Positions 1 to 9,724 of a DNA stretch of 64,000 bases are shown here, one piece after another. Source of the DNA: an uncultured virus (IMG/VR IMGVR_UViG_3300014914_000005) (taxonomy: Duplodnaviria; Heunggongvirae; Uroviricota; Caudoviricetes). Location: IMG/VR virus record IMGVR_UViG_3300014914_000005; one strand, given 5' to 3'. Each line of letters begins with the position of its first letter. The stretch's first letter is position 1. Under the pieces are notes generated by a model. It saw only the letters and a list, made by a program, of their open reading frames with translations. It made no database searches and was not told where the DNA came from. The position numbers and the translations under genes are program-made.

Positions 1-36
1 ACTACCACCACAACTACCACTACGACAACTGTTTAA
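1..36 (+). CDS. 3' end of an upstream ORF ending in a poly-Thr tail (TTTTTTTTTTV*), partial
   Basis: act acc acc aca act acc act acg aca act gtt taa; the same tail ends several late-region ORFs. Confidence 0.8.
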   Translation, partial: TTTTTTTTTTV

Positions 37-46
37 GGAGATTGAC

Positions 47-568
47 ATGTTAACTTTTGCTTATGCAGACACTGTTTCACAAGAAGCCATTTCTTTTGGC
101 TGGCAGCATGTAGCACAAATTGGAGGCGCTTTGTCTGTCGCGTTACTTGCTTTGATTGGTGTTTTACTCGCTATTATTTTAAAACGCCAATCTGGTATGT
201 CGAACATTTTTCAGAATACCGATTTCATACAAGATGTCGCCGCTGTAAAAGAATCATTAGCGCTTGAGATTTCCGAACGTAAAACTAATAGAGAGGACCA
301 TAAGGCAGATATACAGCGTTTACATGAAAGGATCGACGGCGTAGAGAAAAGTGTTATCGACGGCATTAAATCACATTGCAGTTTAAAACAAGCGGCCTGC
401 TCCGGTATTGTACAATCTGAACTCGACCACCAAAAGACAAAATTGAATCTTGCCTGTTCCCGTATTACAGAATTACAAAGTCAGCGAGAAGAAGATTGGA
501 GGGCTCAACGAATAATTAATCAGGATTTACAAAATAAAGTTAAGGTGAATAATAATAACCCGCCTTAA
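47..568 (+). CDS. membrane-anchored coiled-coil protein (possible lysis accessory)
   Basis: AAGGAG RBS; one hydrophobic TM segment followed by a coiled-coil. Confidence 0.6.
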   Translation: MLTFAYADTVSQEAISFGWQHVAQIGGALSVALLALIGVLLAIILKRQSGMSNIFQNTDFIQDVAAVKESLALEISERKTNREDHKADIQRLHERIDGVEKSVIDGIKSHCSLKQAACSGIVQSELDHQKTKLNLACSRITELQSQREEDWRAQRIINQDLQNKVKVNNNNPP

Positions 569-574
569 AATCGA

Positions 575-603
575 TTGACTTTTTATAATTAGTTTATTAT
601 ATT
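575..603 (+). promoter_or_regulatory. sigma70-type promoter upstream of the FN3/glycosyltransferase operon
   Basis: TTGACT-N17-TATATT. Confidence 0.6.
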
Positions 604-647
604 ACAAAAATTTGTAGGCACTAACCACTAACAAAAGGAGATTAAAA

Positions 648-1265
648 ATGAAGAAAATACTTACATTATTGACAATGCTTTTATTTTGCGTTTGTATGAT
701 ATGGTCTTCTGTTGTACAAGCGGCGGATGTAACGTTACAATGGAATGCCGTAACAGAAGCCACAGGCTATAAAATCTATTGTGGTACATTGTCGCGGGAC
801 GATGGTGGAACGTATGATTTCGATACGGGAGATCCCGTTATTGGTGCATCGCCTTTTGACGTGGGAAACGAAACGATATATACACTTGAAGACATGCCGC
901 CCGGGACATACTATTTTGCCGCTACTGCTTACAATGATTTTGGAGAAAGCGGTTTTTCCATCGAAGTATTTACAACTATAATCATTACTCCGGATGGCAT
1001 AATCGCCGTGTTCCAATCTGTCAATTCGACATTAACTTGGAACGCTGTAGATGGTGCGGTCAGTTACAATGTATATGTAGGGACCGAATCTGGTGTATAT
1101 GGTGATCCTGTTAATGTAACAGAGCCTACTGCCGTATTGACTTTAAATCAAGGAACCCACTATATTGCCATATCTGCTATTAATGATACTGGATATGAAA
1201 CACCAAAATCGACTGAGATTGTTGTTCCGGTATGTGGTCCGCCCCAAGGCTTTGGCCTTCAATAA
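648..1265 (+). CDS. secreted protein with two fibronectin type III-like domains
   Basis: signal peptide; twice TLxWNAV..YxIYxGT..GTxYxAxxAxN..GxE pattern. Confidence 0.8.
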   Translation: MKKILTLLTMLLFCVCMIWSSVVQAADVTLQWNAVTEATGYKIYCGTLSRDDGGTYDFDTGDPVIGASPFDVGNETIYTLEDMPPGTYYFAATAYNDFGESGFSIEVFTTIIITPDGIIAVFQSVNSTLTWNAVDGAVSYNVYVGTESGVYGDPVNVTEPTAVLTLNQGTHYIAISAINDTGYETPKSTEIVVPVCGPPQGFGLQ

Positions 1266-1323
1266 TAACTTTTAATTCATAACCGCAGCCCTAAAAAGGG
1301 AACTGTAAATGAGGAGATTTTAG

Positions 1324-2601
1324 ATGGCAAGACACAAGAAGATTGCAATACTCACCAACATGATGGAGTTTAATCCCGGTTATAGTCTGACAGGCATTAT
1401 CAAAGATCAAGCACGTATGCTTGTCAAGTATGGTCACGAAGTTCATTTGTTTGTCAACGAGCAATACCACGGAGAGGAGTTTTCAGAAGATGTAATATTA
1501 CATAAAAAAATTCCATTTACACACCTCACCGATTACCGTACCCGGAATGAACTGTCTACAGAACATAAACAAATCATAAACACCACTGCCGTCGTACTCC
1601 AAAAAGAATTGGTAGACTTTGACATTGCCTTTACGCATGACTTTATTTTTACCGGGTGGTTCTTGCCTTATGGTATGGGCCTGCAGCAAGCATCTACAAA
1701 GCTTCCAAATGTCCGGTGGCTCCATTGGATTCACAGTGTGCCGAGTATCATGTCCGATTGGTGGTTGATAAAAGAATACGGACCAAAGCACAAAATTGTA
1801 TTTCCAAATTCAACGGAGCGGTTACGAGTGGCCGAGCAGTATAGAGGTGAAATTGCAGACATCCGGATTATCCCGCATATTAAGGATTTGAGAACCTTTT
1901 GGGATTTTCATGAAGATACTTGTAAATTTCTGGATCTACACCCGAATCTTATGCAATCACAAGTTGTCCAAATCTACCCGGCTTCTAGTGATCGCTTGCA
2001 TGCAAAGAATGTCGACAAAGTTATTCAGGTATTTGCTAACATCAAAAAGCTTGGTGTCACCTGTTGCTTGGTAATTGCAAATCAATGGGCCACTGGTAAA
2101 CAGCCCAAACAGAATATCGAAGAGTTTAAAGAAATAGCCCGTAAGAACGGATTGATTTGTACTGGCAATCCAAACGATGAATTTATATTTACAAGCGAAT
2201 GGTGTGCAGAATATGAGAATGGGATACCCACGCGTATTCTACGGGAACTCATGCTTCTGCAAAATTTGTTTGTATTCCCGACAAGAGAAGAAAGCTTCGG
2301 CCTTGTAGGGCCGGAAGCTGCTTTATCAAGCGCTTGTCTATTGGTTCTCAATAAATCCCTTGCTATGATGACTGAAGTACATGGTAACAATGGTCTCTAT
2401 TTTGATTTCGGTTCTTTTCACCACCAATGGCGCTGTAACGACGAAGTTAAATATTACCACGATCTTGCTTTTATTATACTTGGTCGCCTTCGAGAGAATG
2501 AGGCTATTGTTTCCAATGTACACCATAGGCTCCGGCATAATTGGGATTACTTGTATCACACTTATTATGGACCCATTATGCAGGAGTCGGAATTATGGTA
2601 G
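1324..2601 (+). CDS. GT-B glycosyltransferase (GT4-like)
   Basis: GHEVHLF; C-terminal FVFPTREESFGLVGPEA motif. Confidence 0.8.
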   Translation: MARHKKIAILTNMMEFNPGYSLTGIIKDQARMLVKYGHEVHLFVNEQYHGEEFSEDVILHKKIPFTHLTDYRTRNELSTEHKQIINTTAVVLQKELVDFDIAFTHDFIFTGWFLPYGMGLQQASTKLPNVRWLHWIHSVPSIMSDWWLIKEYGPKHKIVFPNSTERLRVAEQYRGEIADIRIIPHIKDLRTFWDFHEDTCKFLDLHPNLMQSQVVQIYPASSDRLHAKNVDKVIQVFANIKKLGVTCCLVIANQWATGKQPKQNIEEFKEIARKNGLICTGNPNDEFIFTSEWCAEYENGIPTRILRELMLLQNLFVFPTREESFGLVGPEAALSSACLLVLNKSLAMMTEVHGNNGLYFDFGSFHHQWRCNDEVKYYHDLAFIILGRLRENEAIVSNVHHRLRHNWDYLYHTYYGPIMQESELW

Positions 2602-3803
2602 ACAAAGAGATTGTGATTAAAAGCTTTAATGGCATTGGGGATCTGCTTTTTGTTACACCTACCTTACGGGTAATCAAGCAAACATATCCGGATTGTCGTA
2701 TTGTCGTCAATACAAATCGGCCTGAATTGTTAATCAACAATCCGTTTGTTGATGTTATTAACAGAGACCGCGAAGGCGTTTTCCTTGGTTATCCAGATCC
2801 AATCCATAGGAAGCATCCAACTCAACACCATATTATCAGTGATTGGGAGATTGTAACAAAGCACTATGGGCTTGTAACAGAAAGACCGGAATTAAAACCG
2901 GAGATATATTTACCGTTTAAACATGGTGAAGGCGGTGGCCCTATTGGTGTACAAGTCTTCCACAAAGGTCATTGGGATGGAAAAAAGGTTTGGGATGGTT
3001 TCCCGTATTTAGCAGCCAAATCCGGATTCCGGAAAATTCCAAAATGTGCTTCTATGCAAGCCCTATGTGAATTTCTTACAAGCTGTAAAGGCGTTGTATG
3101 CGCCGAGGGCGGTATATCGCATTTGTGTCGCGCACTGGATGTCCCTTGTATTGTAATTTACGGTGGCTTTGCAGACCCTAAATGGAATGGCTATAAAGAA
3201 CAAATCAATGTTCAACAGCATACGTCTTGTTCTTATTGCTATGGTTCTCAGGCTTGCGAACGACCGAATGGTGTTTACAAGCTTTGTATGAAACAGATTA
3301 CAGTTGCACAAGTTCAAGGCATCGCTGCCGGTTTAAGCAAGTGTAAATGGGTTGAGCATCATAATCAAATGACCTATATTGAAACAGAGGCGCGAAAATG
3401 GTGCCTTGGAAAAGGTGTTGATATCGGCGCTGGTAATCATGCATTCCCGGGAGCCCGACCGATAAACGACAATGAGTTTGAAAATGCCTATTCAATTGAT
3501 CGACAGGATAATTATTATAACTATGTCTTTTCAAGCCATTGTTTGGAGCATTTAGAAAGGCCATGGGAAGCGGTTTCAGAATGGTATAGAGTTCTGCAGC
3601 CTAACGGTATTTTGTTTTTATATTTACCGCACCCGAATTACATACCATGGCGTCCACATAAAAACCGCTGGCATAAATGGATAACAGAGCCGCACAAGGT
3701 TATACAAGGATTACAGGAAAGCTCATTTTATATTATAGAAGCTACGACAGAACCGGACGTCGCTTTTGGGTTTTATGTTGTAGCAAGGAAGGAGACAAAA
3801 TGA
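2595..3803 (+). CDS. GT9 (heptosyltransferase-like) fused to a class I SAM methyltransferase
   Basis: GIGDLLFVTPTLRVIK, EGGISHL, Cys cluster; C-terminal VDIGAG and FSSHCLEH; start reassigned to the ATG after AGGAG. Confidence 0.8.
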   Translation: MVDKEIVIKSFNGIGDLLFVTPTLRVIKQTYPDCRIVVNTNRPELLINNPFVDVINRDREGVFLGYPDPIHRKHPTQHHIISDWEIVTKHYGLVTERPELKPEIYLPFKHGEGGGPIGVQVFHKGHWDGKKVWDGFPYLAAKSGFRKIPKCASMQALCEFLTSCKGVVCAEGGISHLCRALDVPCIVIYGGFADPKWNGYKEQINVQQHTSCSYCYGSQACERPNGVYKLCMKQITVAQVQGIAAGLSKCKWVEHHNQMTYIETEARKWCLGKGVDIGAGNHAFPGARPINDNEFENAYSIDRQDNYYNYVFSSHCLEHLERPWEAVSEWYRVLQPNGILFLYLPHPNYIPWRPHKNRWHKWITEPHKVIQGLQESSFYIIEATTEPDVAFGFYVVARKETK

Positions 3804-4444
3804 TTCTCATAACACCATTTGGAGGCCATGGTACCGTATTCTTGAGTCGCCGTTTTGGTGGTAAGCTTTCTATTCGGCCTGATACTGTTTTTGGGTGGGA
3901 ACCTAATTTGTTTTCTCTACCTGATCCGCAACTTTCCGATCAGTTTAAAAAGCGGGCAGGAATACAATTGGATTTAAATAAAACCATTAACGACAATTTG
4001 ATGGCAATGCTTGAGGAGCATGAAAATAGAAAATGGCATACGTTACTTTGTGGCCGGTGCAGCCATAAACAAAAGTTTCTCACTATTAATGGCATTGAAA
4101 GCGTCGGCATTGTACGGCACCCGCTCCATGCAATGGTAAGTTTTTTATCTCATCAACATCCGGAACATGCTGTGAGATTTGGTGGTTTTAATACAAGGAC
4201 AGCGGTTGACTGGTATGCTTATTCTTGGAATAACATTGTCGAGGATATGTTAGAAAGCAAGTGTACTATTTTCCATTATGAGTTTATGCCAGATGAGATA
4301 AAAGAACCAGACCTGAAAAGACGGCTTGCCAATTGGGACGGGAGTAAACGTAACCATAATGAGTTGAGTTACACTCTAGAACAAATGTTGCATTACAGAG
4401 TTAAAGAGAATTTCGATAAGCTCTATGATGCATGGGATATCTAA
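3800..4444 (+). CDS. sulfotransferase-fold protein
   Basis: N-terminal PFGGHGTVFL loop, IVRHPLHAMVS and FHYE resemble PAPS-binding motifs. Confidence 0.5.
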   Translation: MILITPFGGHGTVFLSRRFGGKLSIRPDTVFGWEPNLFSLPDPQLSDQFKKRAGIQLDLNKTINDNLMAMLEEHENRKWHTLLCGRCSHKQKFLTINGIESVGIVRHPLHAMVSFLSHQHPEHAVRFGGFNTRTAVDWYAYSWNNIVEDMLESKCTIFHYEFMPDEIKEPDLKRRLANWDGSKRNHNELSYTLEQMLHYRVKENFDKLYDAWDI

Positions 4445-4965
4445 TGAAACTGAATTTGGGAAGCGGTGTTATGATATGGAAAGGCTTTGTCAATTTCGAT
4501 TGTATCAAACACTACAACAACAGAACAAAACTAACAACCGATATTATTGGAGACGTTTTACAGTTACCATTTAAACCATTAAGCTTTGATGAGATTTATT
4601 GCATCCATGTAATCGAGCACTTATATTTGACGGACGCTGTAACAATGCTTAGAAACTGTTATACAGTATTAAAGCCCGGAGGCAAGTTGATATTAGAAGC
4701 ACCATGTATTGAAGGTGCTTGGGAGTTCTATGTTAACAGGCGAAACCATATTCGTCGCTTCATAGACTTTATATATGGCGGTGAAAGGAACCGTTTACGA
4801 TTGGGAGATACTTATTGTCACCGCTCCGGATGGACTGGTCCAATAGCAGCTCAGTACATGCAAAAAATAGGATTCAGGATTGCTCATACTGGCGTCGGCG
4901 AAAAGCATGGAATGGGGATTCGTGATTTTGGTGTTCATGGTATTAAGGAGAATAATGATGGCTGA
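4444..4965 (+). CDS. class I SAM methyltransferase
   Basis: KLNLGSG, HVIEHL, VLKPGG. Confidence 0.85.
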   Translation: MKLNLGSGVMIWKGFVNFDCIKHYNNRTKLTTDIIGDVLQLPFKPLSFDEIYCIHVIEHLYLTDAVTMLRNCYTVLKPGGKLILEAPCIEGAWEFYVNRRNHIRRFIDFIYGGERNRLRLGDTYCHRSGWTGPIAAQYMQKIGFRIAHTGVGEKHGMGIRDFGVHGIKENNDG

Positions 4966-5884
4966 TTTGTCTGTTATAATTCCGTTTTGCAACGAGTACC
5001 CGCAGAATGTTTTTACGATACAAAATATAGCTGAAGAATTAAGAGACCGTGTAGACTTTGAAATAATAGCGGTGAATAACTATGTCGAAAAGGAAGTTAA
5101 CCGTCCAGAGGACCAAGGTGGCGATGCTGTAAAGGCATGCGCCAAAGGTAACAAATGGTTGACGTATATAGAATACAAGGACAAGCTCTCTCACTGGAAT
5201 GCCAAACGTATTGCGGTAGAGGCCTCTACTGGTACATCCCTTTTCTTTTGTGATGCCCATTGTATAGTGTCCCGGGATGCCTTGTATACTATGTTCCAGC
5301 TTTATAGGCATTCTCACAAAGCATTGGAGGGATCAATCCATTTGCCTTTGACCTATAAGATACTTGAATGGAGGAAGTTAATATATGCTCTTAATTGTAA
5401 TCTCGATATAAACTCACTTCATTACAGGTTCTGTTCTTATCGGGATGCAAACAATGGCCGGCCATATGAGGTTCCTTGTATGTCGACATGCGGTATGATG
5501 ATCGCTCGGGAGATATACGATGATATTGGTGGATGGCCAAAAGAGCTTGGAATTTATGGAGGTGGTGAAAACTTTATTAACTTTGTGTCCGCTTCTCTTG
5601 GTTACAAGAAATGGATAATGCCGGGAAATGCTTTATACCATCACGGAGAAAAACGTGGTTACTCCTGGAACTATGCGGACATGTTGCGCAATAGAACAAT
5701 TGCGGCGTATATGGTTGGTGGTAAAGACTTCGCAGAACATTTTATACATTATTGTAAAGGTCGCCCGGAGGTATTAGATCGTATTTATCAAAGCATTATA
5801 GATACATGTGGAGATCAGCGCGCTATGATAAAATCTAAACAAACGGTGGAGATCGAACAATGGGTAAGGAACTGGCAGGATTAG
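4955..5884 (+). CDS. GT-A glycosyltransferase (GT2/GT27-like) with polypeptide GalNAc-transferase-like motifs
   Basis: LSVIIPFCNE, FFCDAHC (DxH), IGGWPKELGIYGGGEN. Confidence 0.8.
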   Translation: MMADLSVIIPFCNEYPQNVFTIQNIAEELRDRVDFEIIAVNNYVEKEVNRPEDQGGDAVKACAKGNKWLTYIEYKDKLSHWNAKRIAVEASTGTSLFFCDAHCIVSRDALYTMFQLYRHSHKALEGSIHLPLTYKILEWRKLIYALNCNLDINSLHYRFCSYRDANNGRPYEVPCMSTCGMMIAREIYDDIGGWPKELGIYGGGENFINFVSASLGYKKWIMPGNALYHHGEKRGYSWNYADMLRNRTIAAYMVGGKDFAEHFIHYCKGRPEVLDRIYQSIIDTCGDQRAMIKSKQTVEIEQWVRNWQD

Positions 5885-6036
5885 AAACCTGTTGACAATC
5901 CACGTCGACATTAGAAAAAGGGAAAAGCTTGTATTTGCATTAATTCGAATGTTACTGGATGAACTTGATAAAACAAGAGAACGGGATTTTATTGGCAATA
6001 TACAACCGTTAGAAACATTATTGGAGAATTTGAATA

Positions 6037-6423
6037 GTGGAAACAGCGGACACAAAAAAGTTTAAACAATACTTGGCAGAGTTTGAGAATACTGTAATTA
6101 TTCCCGGGCTCCGGAAAAAGGTGTTTGGTAAAGAGCTTGTCATTACAACTCGACAAGGCAGATTACATAAAACACCATTCGGCCAAATGATTGGACTTGA
6201 GTTTGAATATGAAGAGATAGCCGCTATTGATTATTATGGCTTGTTAAAAAAGAGTTCTGGCTTTTATAGGCATGCAAGTGAAACCAGCCAAAAAGCTATA
6301 CGCGCCCATGTAATCCATTTTCCATCTATTAAGATTGAGCATATAAGCGACTTACATGAAAAGCTTGTGGCAGGTTTTCCCACTTTTAAAAAACACCTTA
6401 TATCTTTAAGAGGATTTGTATAA
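6037..6423 (+). CDS. hypothetical protein
   Basis: ORF within the operon; TAATG overlap with the next gene. Confidence 0.55.
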   Translation: METADTKKFKQYLAEFENTVIIPGLRKKVFGKELVITTRQGRLHKTPFGQMIGLEFEYEEIAAIDYYGLLKKSSGFYRHASETSQKAIRAHVIHFPSIKIEHISDLHEKLVAGFPTFKKHLISLRGFV

Positions 6424-6992
6424 TGCATTGGCCTAAGAGTTTAATGGTCCCTACAAAACGAATTCACCTTGTTACATTATTTAATAAAACAATGATTAAT
6501 GCGGTTGCCGGCGAGATATGGGAATGCGGTGTATTCAATGGCGGTTCCCTCTGCTTGCTATTGGCAAACAGGCCGGACCCGTCGCGGTTTGTTCGTGCCT
6601 TTGATTCTTTTGAAGGTTTGCCGGAAACTAGCGAGCATGACAACTATTATCAGAAAGGCGGTTTTGGAAATGCTGATTACGATAACTTAATGGGTGTGGT
6701 GTCTTTGTTTGAAAATGTAGAAGTGCGCAAAGGTTTTATACCAGAAACTTTTGCGGGACTTGAGGAAAGCAAAATAGCCTTTGCGTTAATAGATGTCGAT
6801 ATATACCAGTCTTATTTGGATTGCTTGGAATTCATTTATCCAAAAGTTTCCGCCGGCGGTGTTATTGTATTTGATGATTACAATATAAACAAATGTAAAG
6901 GTGCAAATGTAGCAGTAGACCAATTCCTGAAACATAAGCCAGAAACATTAATAAGGGCCGGGCGGTGTTGGCATATAATTAAGGAGGAATAA
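6423..6992 (+). CDS. TylF/MycF-family sugar O-methyltransferase
   Basis: ECGVFNGGS, FDSFEGLP, IDVDIYQS, VFDDY. Confidence 0.9.
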   Translation: MHWPKSLMVPTKRIHLVTLFNKTMINAVAGEIWECGVFNGGSLCLLLANRPDPSRFVRAFDSFEGLPETSEHDNYYQKGGFGNADYDNLMGVVSLFENVEVRKGFIPETFAGLEESKIAFALIDVDIYQSYLDCLEFIYPKVSAGGVIVFDDYNINKCKGANVAVDQFLKHKPETLIRAGRCWHIIKEE

Positions 6993-6994
6993 AG

Positions 6995-7447
6995 ATGGGA
7001 CGGTTAGAAGAAACAAAAAACATAATGGAAAATGTGGCATGGAGCTTTCATGGCCTTCCGTATATTTGGGGAGGCGACGACCCAATGAAAGGTTTCGATT
7101 GTTCCGGATTTGTAATTGAGATTTTAAAGTCTGTCGCCTTATTGCCAAGGAAGGGCGATTGGACGGCGCAAGGTTTGTATAACCGCTTTTTGATTACACA
7201 CCAAACGCAAGCAGAACCAGAATTCGGGTGTTTGGCCTTTTGGCATTCACCATGGGGAGAGGAAACGGATAAGATTGTTCATGTTGAGTTTTGTTTAAAT
7301 GATTTTTTAACTATGGGAGCCAGTGGCGGCGGCAGTAAAACAAAGACCGAGGAAGATGCTTCAGCGCAGAACGCATATATTAAGGTCAGGCCAATTCGAC
7401 AAACCAATTTAAAAACCATAATCAATGTTCTTAAAAGGCTTGAATAA
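6995..7447 (+). CDS. NlpC/P60 peptidase (probable endolysin)
   Basis: PYIWGGDD..GFDCSGFV; catalytic His in IVHVE. Confidence 0.85.
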   Translation: MGRLEETKNIMENVAWSFHGLPYIWGGDDPMKGFDCSGFVIEILKSVALLPRKGDWTAQGLYNRFLITHQTQAEPEFGCLAFWHSPWGEETDKIVHVEFCLNDFLTMGASGGGSKTKTEEDASAQNAYIKVRPIRQTNLKTIINVLKRLE

Positions 7448-7487
7448 GCCAAAATCAAGCATATAGGCCGACTTTCAGGCCATAAAG

Positions 7488-7518
7488 AAAGCCAGTATAT
7501 GTCTTATACTGGCTTTTT
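7488..7518. terminator. bidirectional intrinsic terminator between convergent operons
   Basis: AAAGCCAGTATA-tgtct-TATACTGGCTTTTT. Confidence 0.75.
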
Positions 7519-7838
7519 GCGTTTACGGCGGTATTTAGGCCTATAAAGGCAATCCGGGATATAAACTGTTTAATTATATAGCCTTAATAAATTAAATTAT
7601 TAAGGCTGTTTTTAACGCCTTAATTAAATTAAAACTGGAGCGGTTAAATGTAATAAAAACAACGAGTTAAATTATCCATAATGTTTAATCGTTATAGCCT
7701 CCCGCAAAACTGCCTTTATAGGTGGAGCGGGTTTTTAACAAATACAATAAAAACAATAACTTACAAAAATAGCGGCTGCTTTTTATATATACTTTAAAAT
7801 TAGAGATTATCGATACCGCTAATATATTATCGAAACGG

Positions 7839-8090
7839 CTAATCTTCATCGGTCCGCCCTCTTCTTTTTGGTAGGACTCTTTTTACTTTTCCAAGTTGTT
7901 TACCGGCTTCAACTATACAATAACATTCAGGACAATAACCGGACAATCTCATATTTTCAAAAAGTTTAAATTGTTGTGATTTAGGTTTGCCATGTTTTAC
8001 AACGTCGTCAAACCATTGCGGATGACCAAGACTGATCATATATGGTTTGCCACATCCTTTACATTTATCACCGGCGATTATAACGCTCAT
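7839..8090 (-). CDS. small Zn-ribbon protein
   Basis: CKGC and CPEC; basic C-terminus. Confidence 0.6.
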   Translation of the reverse strand: MSVIIAGDKCKGCGKPYMISLGHPQWFDDVVKHGKPKSQQFKLFENMRLSGYCPECYCIVEAGKQLGKVKRVLPKRRGRTDED

Positions 8091-8317
8091 TTTTCCTCCG
8101 GATAATATAAATGTTTTATGACCGGATTTTGTTTACAGATAGGAAATTCTTTTGTAACAATCATAGCGGCCTCAATAACCTTGCCACACCATCGACAAGT
8201 CTGAAAACCATTCTCGTCAATTGGATTCCAGCAATGGCTTTCAAGTACCCACCCACCTAATTGCATTTCAATTGTTTCTTCCTCAATGTTTTCATGTACC
8301 GCTGGATCGATATACAT
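8087..8317 (-). CDS. hypothetical Cys-rich protein
   Basis: translationally coupled ORF; CRWC. Confidence 0.55.
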   Translation of the reverse strand: MYIDPAVHENIEEETIEMQLGGWVLESHCWNPIDENGFQTCRWCGKVIEAAMIVTKEFPICKQNPVIKHLYYPEEK

Positions 8318-8541
8318 TAACGCCTCCTTAATTTAAGCTGTGCCCATATTGCAAAGTCGATTATATAGCCACGCAATCTTCCGCCTTTCAACCGGGAAAA
8401 CCTCCCACAATAAAGGCATCTATAAAAAGGTGGTTGTGCTATGGTCCATTTAACTCTCTGCTTACAATATGGACAATCAATTATTGTTATTGGATTGTCC
8501 AAGTGTTCATGATGGTATATTGTAACACCTGCCTTTTCCAT
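8317..8541 (-). CDS. small Zn-ribbon protein
   Basis: CPYC and CLYC; start MEKAG couples to the thyA stop. Confidence 0.55.
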   Translation of the reverse strand: MEKAGVTIYHHEHLDNPITIIDCPYCKQRVKWTIAQPPFYRCLYCGRFSRLKGGRLRGYIIDFAIWAQLKLRRR

Positions 8542-9203
8542 TATACTTCTCCGTTTTTCCCGGTCCTCATTTTGGCAATGTCCCAAGCGTAATCATATAA
8601 ATGAAGGCCTTTGCTTGAAGCAATTAACTCGCCATCTTGTACACCAATGGATTCAGCCATGTACTCTTTCAAAAGCTGTATAGCACCAAGGTTTGCCGGA
8701 AAGCCATTCCATAAGTCCCAGCTTCTGAAATATACAACGAAGTGAAGCTTGCCCATTGATATACGAGTATCAATGCCTCGTAGACATGGTGGGTCTTTTA
8801 AAAATATAGAATCTTTATCGCCCACTGCCATGTATGCCTGATTTGTTTTATGGCCGTCCTCGCCATACATACGGATCACTTCTGCAATTTGGTCTTGTAG
8901 ATACATACCATATGTATAATCCTCATCAGGCTTTTTAGCAGCGGTCATTAAATATGGGAGGTACTCTTCCAAATAACCTTCCGCTACTGGATTTGGAAGT
9001 CCTATGTTTGGCGGGATTTCCGGTAACAATGGCCGAGTGTTTGGATGCAAGACCTGTATTGTTATGTAATCAAACTCCAAGCGCCTTTGGCCTTCGTAAC
9101 TGCCGCGATCAATTGTATAGGTGCTTCCGCTATCCAGAATATTGTATATGCATTGAAACCATGCGTCCGGTAAATCCCGGGCTTTAATAAAATCACATTT
9201 CAT
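8541..9203 (-). CDS. thyA: thymidylate synthase (short, archaeal-type ThyA)
   Basis: DPPCL, YFRSWDLWNGFPAN, GLHLY. Confidence 0.85.
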   Translation of the reverse strand: MKCDFIKARDLPDAWFQCIYNILDSGSTYTIDRGSYEGQRRLEFDYITIQVLHPNTRPLLPEIPPNIGLPNPVAEGYLEEYLPYLMTAAKKPDEDYTYGMYLQDQIAEVIRMYGEDGHKTNQAYMAVGDKDSIFLKDPPCLRGIDTRISMGKLHFVVYFRSWDLWNGFPANLGAIQLLKEYMAESIGVQDGELIASSKGLHLYDYAWDIAKMRTGKNGEV

Positions 9204-9396
9204 TTGTTTCCTCCAATGGTATTCGCATGTATATCACTTCATCGTAACTGTTAACTCCGAGCCTGTGATATATAGCATTGTTTACATCGTCAATGAATAG
9301 TTTAGGCCTGTTTGGATCGCCATGTAGAAAATAAGACTCGTTCCCTAGCGAATCCATATGGCATTCAATTGTCCGGTCCTCTATTATTCTGCCCAT
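9193..9396 (-). CDS. hypothetical protein
   Basis: ORF in a packed operon. Confidence 0.45.
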   Translation of the reverse strand: MGRIIEDRTIECHMDSLGNESYFLHGDPNRPKLFIDDVNNAIYHRLGVNSYDEVIYMRIPLEETNEM

Positions 9397-9724
9397 TGCA
9401 TGCCTCCGTTTGTGGATGTGGTTTCCCGCAATCTAAACATGGGAGATTCGGCCTAGCAGGTTCTAATTTACATTTGCCCATCATGGCCGGGTCCAACCGG
9501 CCATTATATGTTCGGCAATATATAGGCCTGTGTTCATATATGGCACAACCGTCTTTTGTTAAATGTTGACAAGGAGCGTTTACAAATAAAGCATTTGCGT
9601 TGATCTCACATCCTCTTGTTTCATACACCTCTTTGTAAAAGGCCAATGTTTCTTTATCCAAATAAAACACAAGCCATTTACAGCACTCCTGACATTCAAC
9701 GCATATTTTTTGTTCCGGTGTCAT
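9365..9724 (-). CDS. YkgJ/CxxCxxCC cysteine-cluster protein
   Basis: CVECQECC; PCQHL..GCAIYEHRPIYCRTY. Confidence 0.85.
   Translation of the reverse strand: MTPEQKICVECQECCKWLVFYLDKETLAFYKEVYETRGCEINANALFVNAPCQHLTKDGCAIYEHRPIYCRTYNGRLDPAMMGKCKLEPARPNLPCLDCGKPHPQTEACNGQNNRGPDN

Noticed and set aside
7810..7836. second dif-like site (TAATATATTATCG)
   Set aside because: Spacer is only 4 bp and the arms match poorly.
8541..9203. thymidylate synthase homologue as a dCMP hydroxymethylase feeding DNA glycosylation
   Set aside because: It has Asn (FPAN) at the specificity position, which is typical of dUMP-using enzymes.
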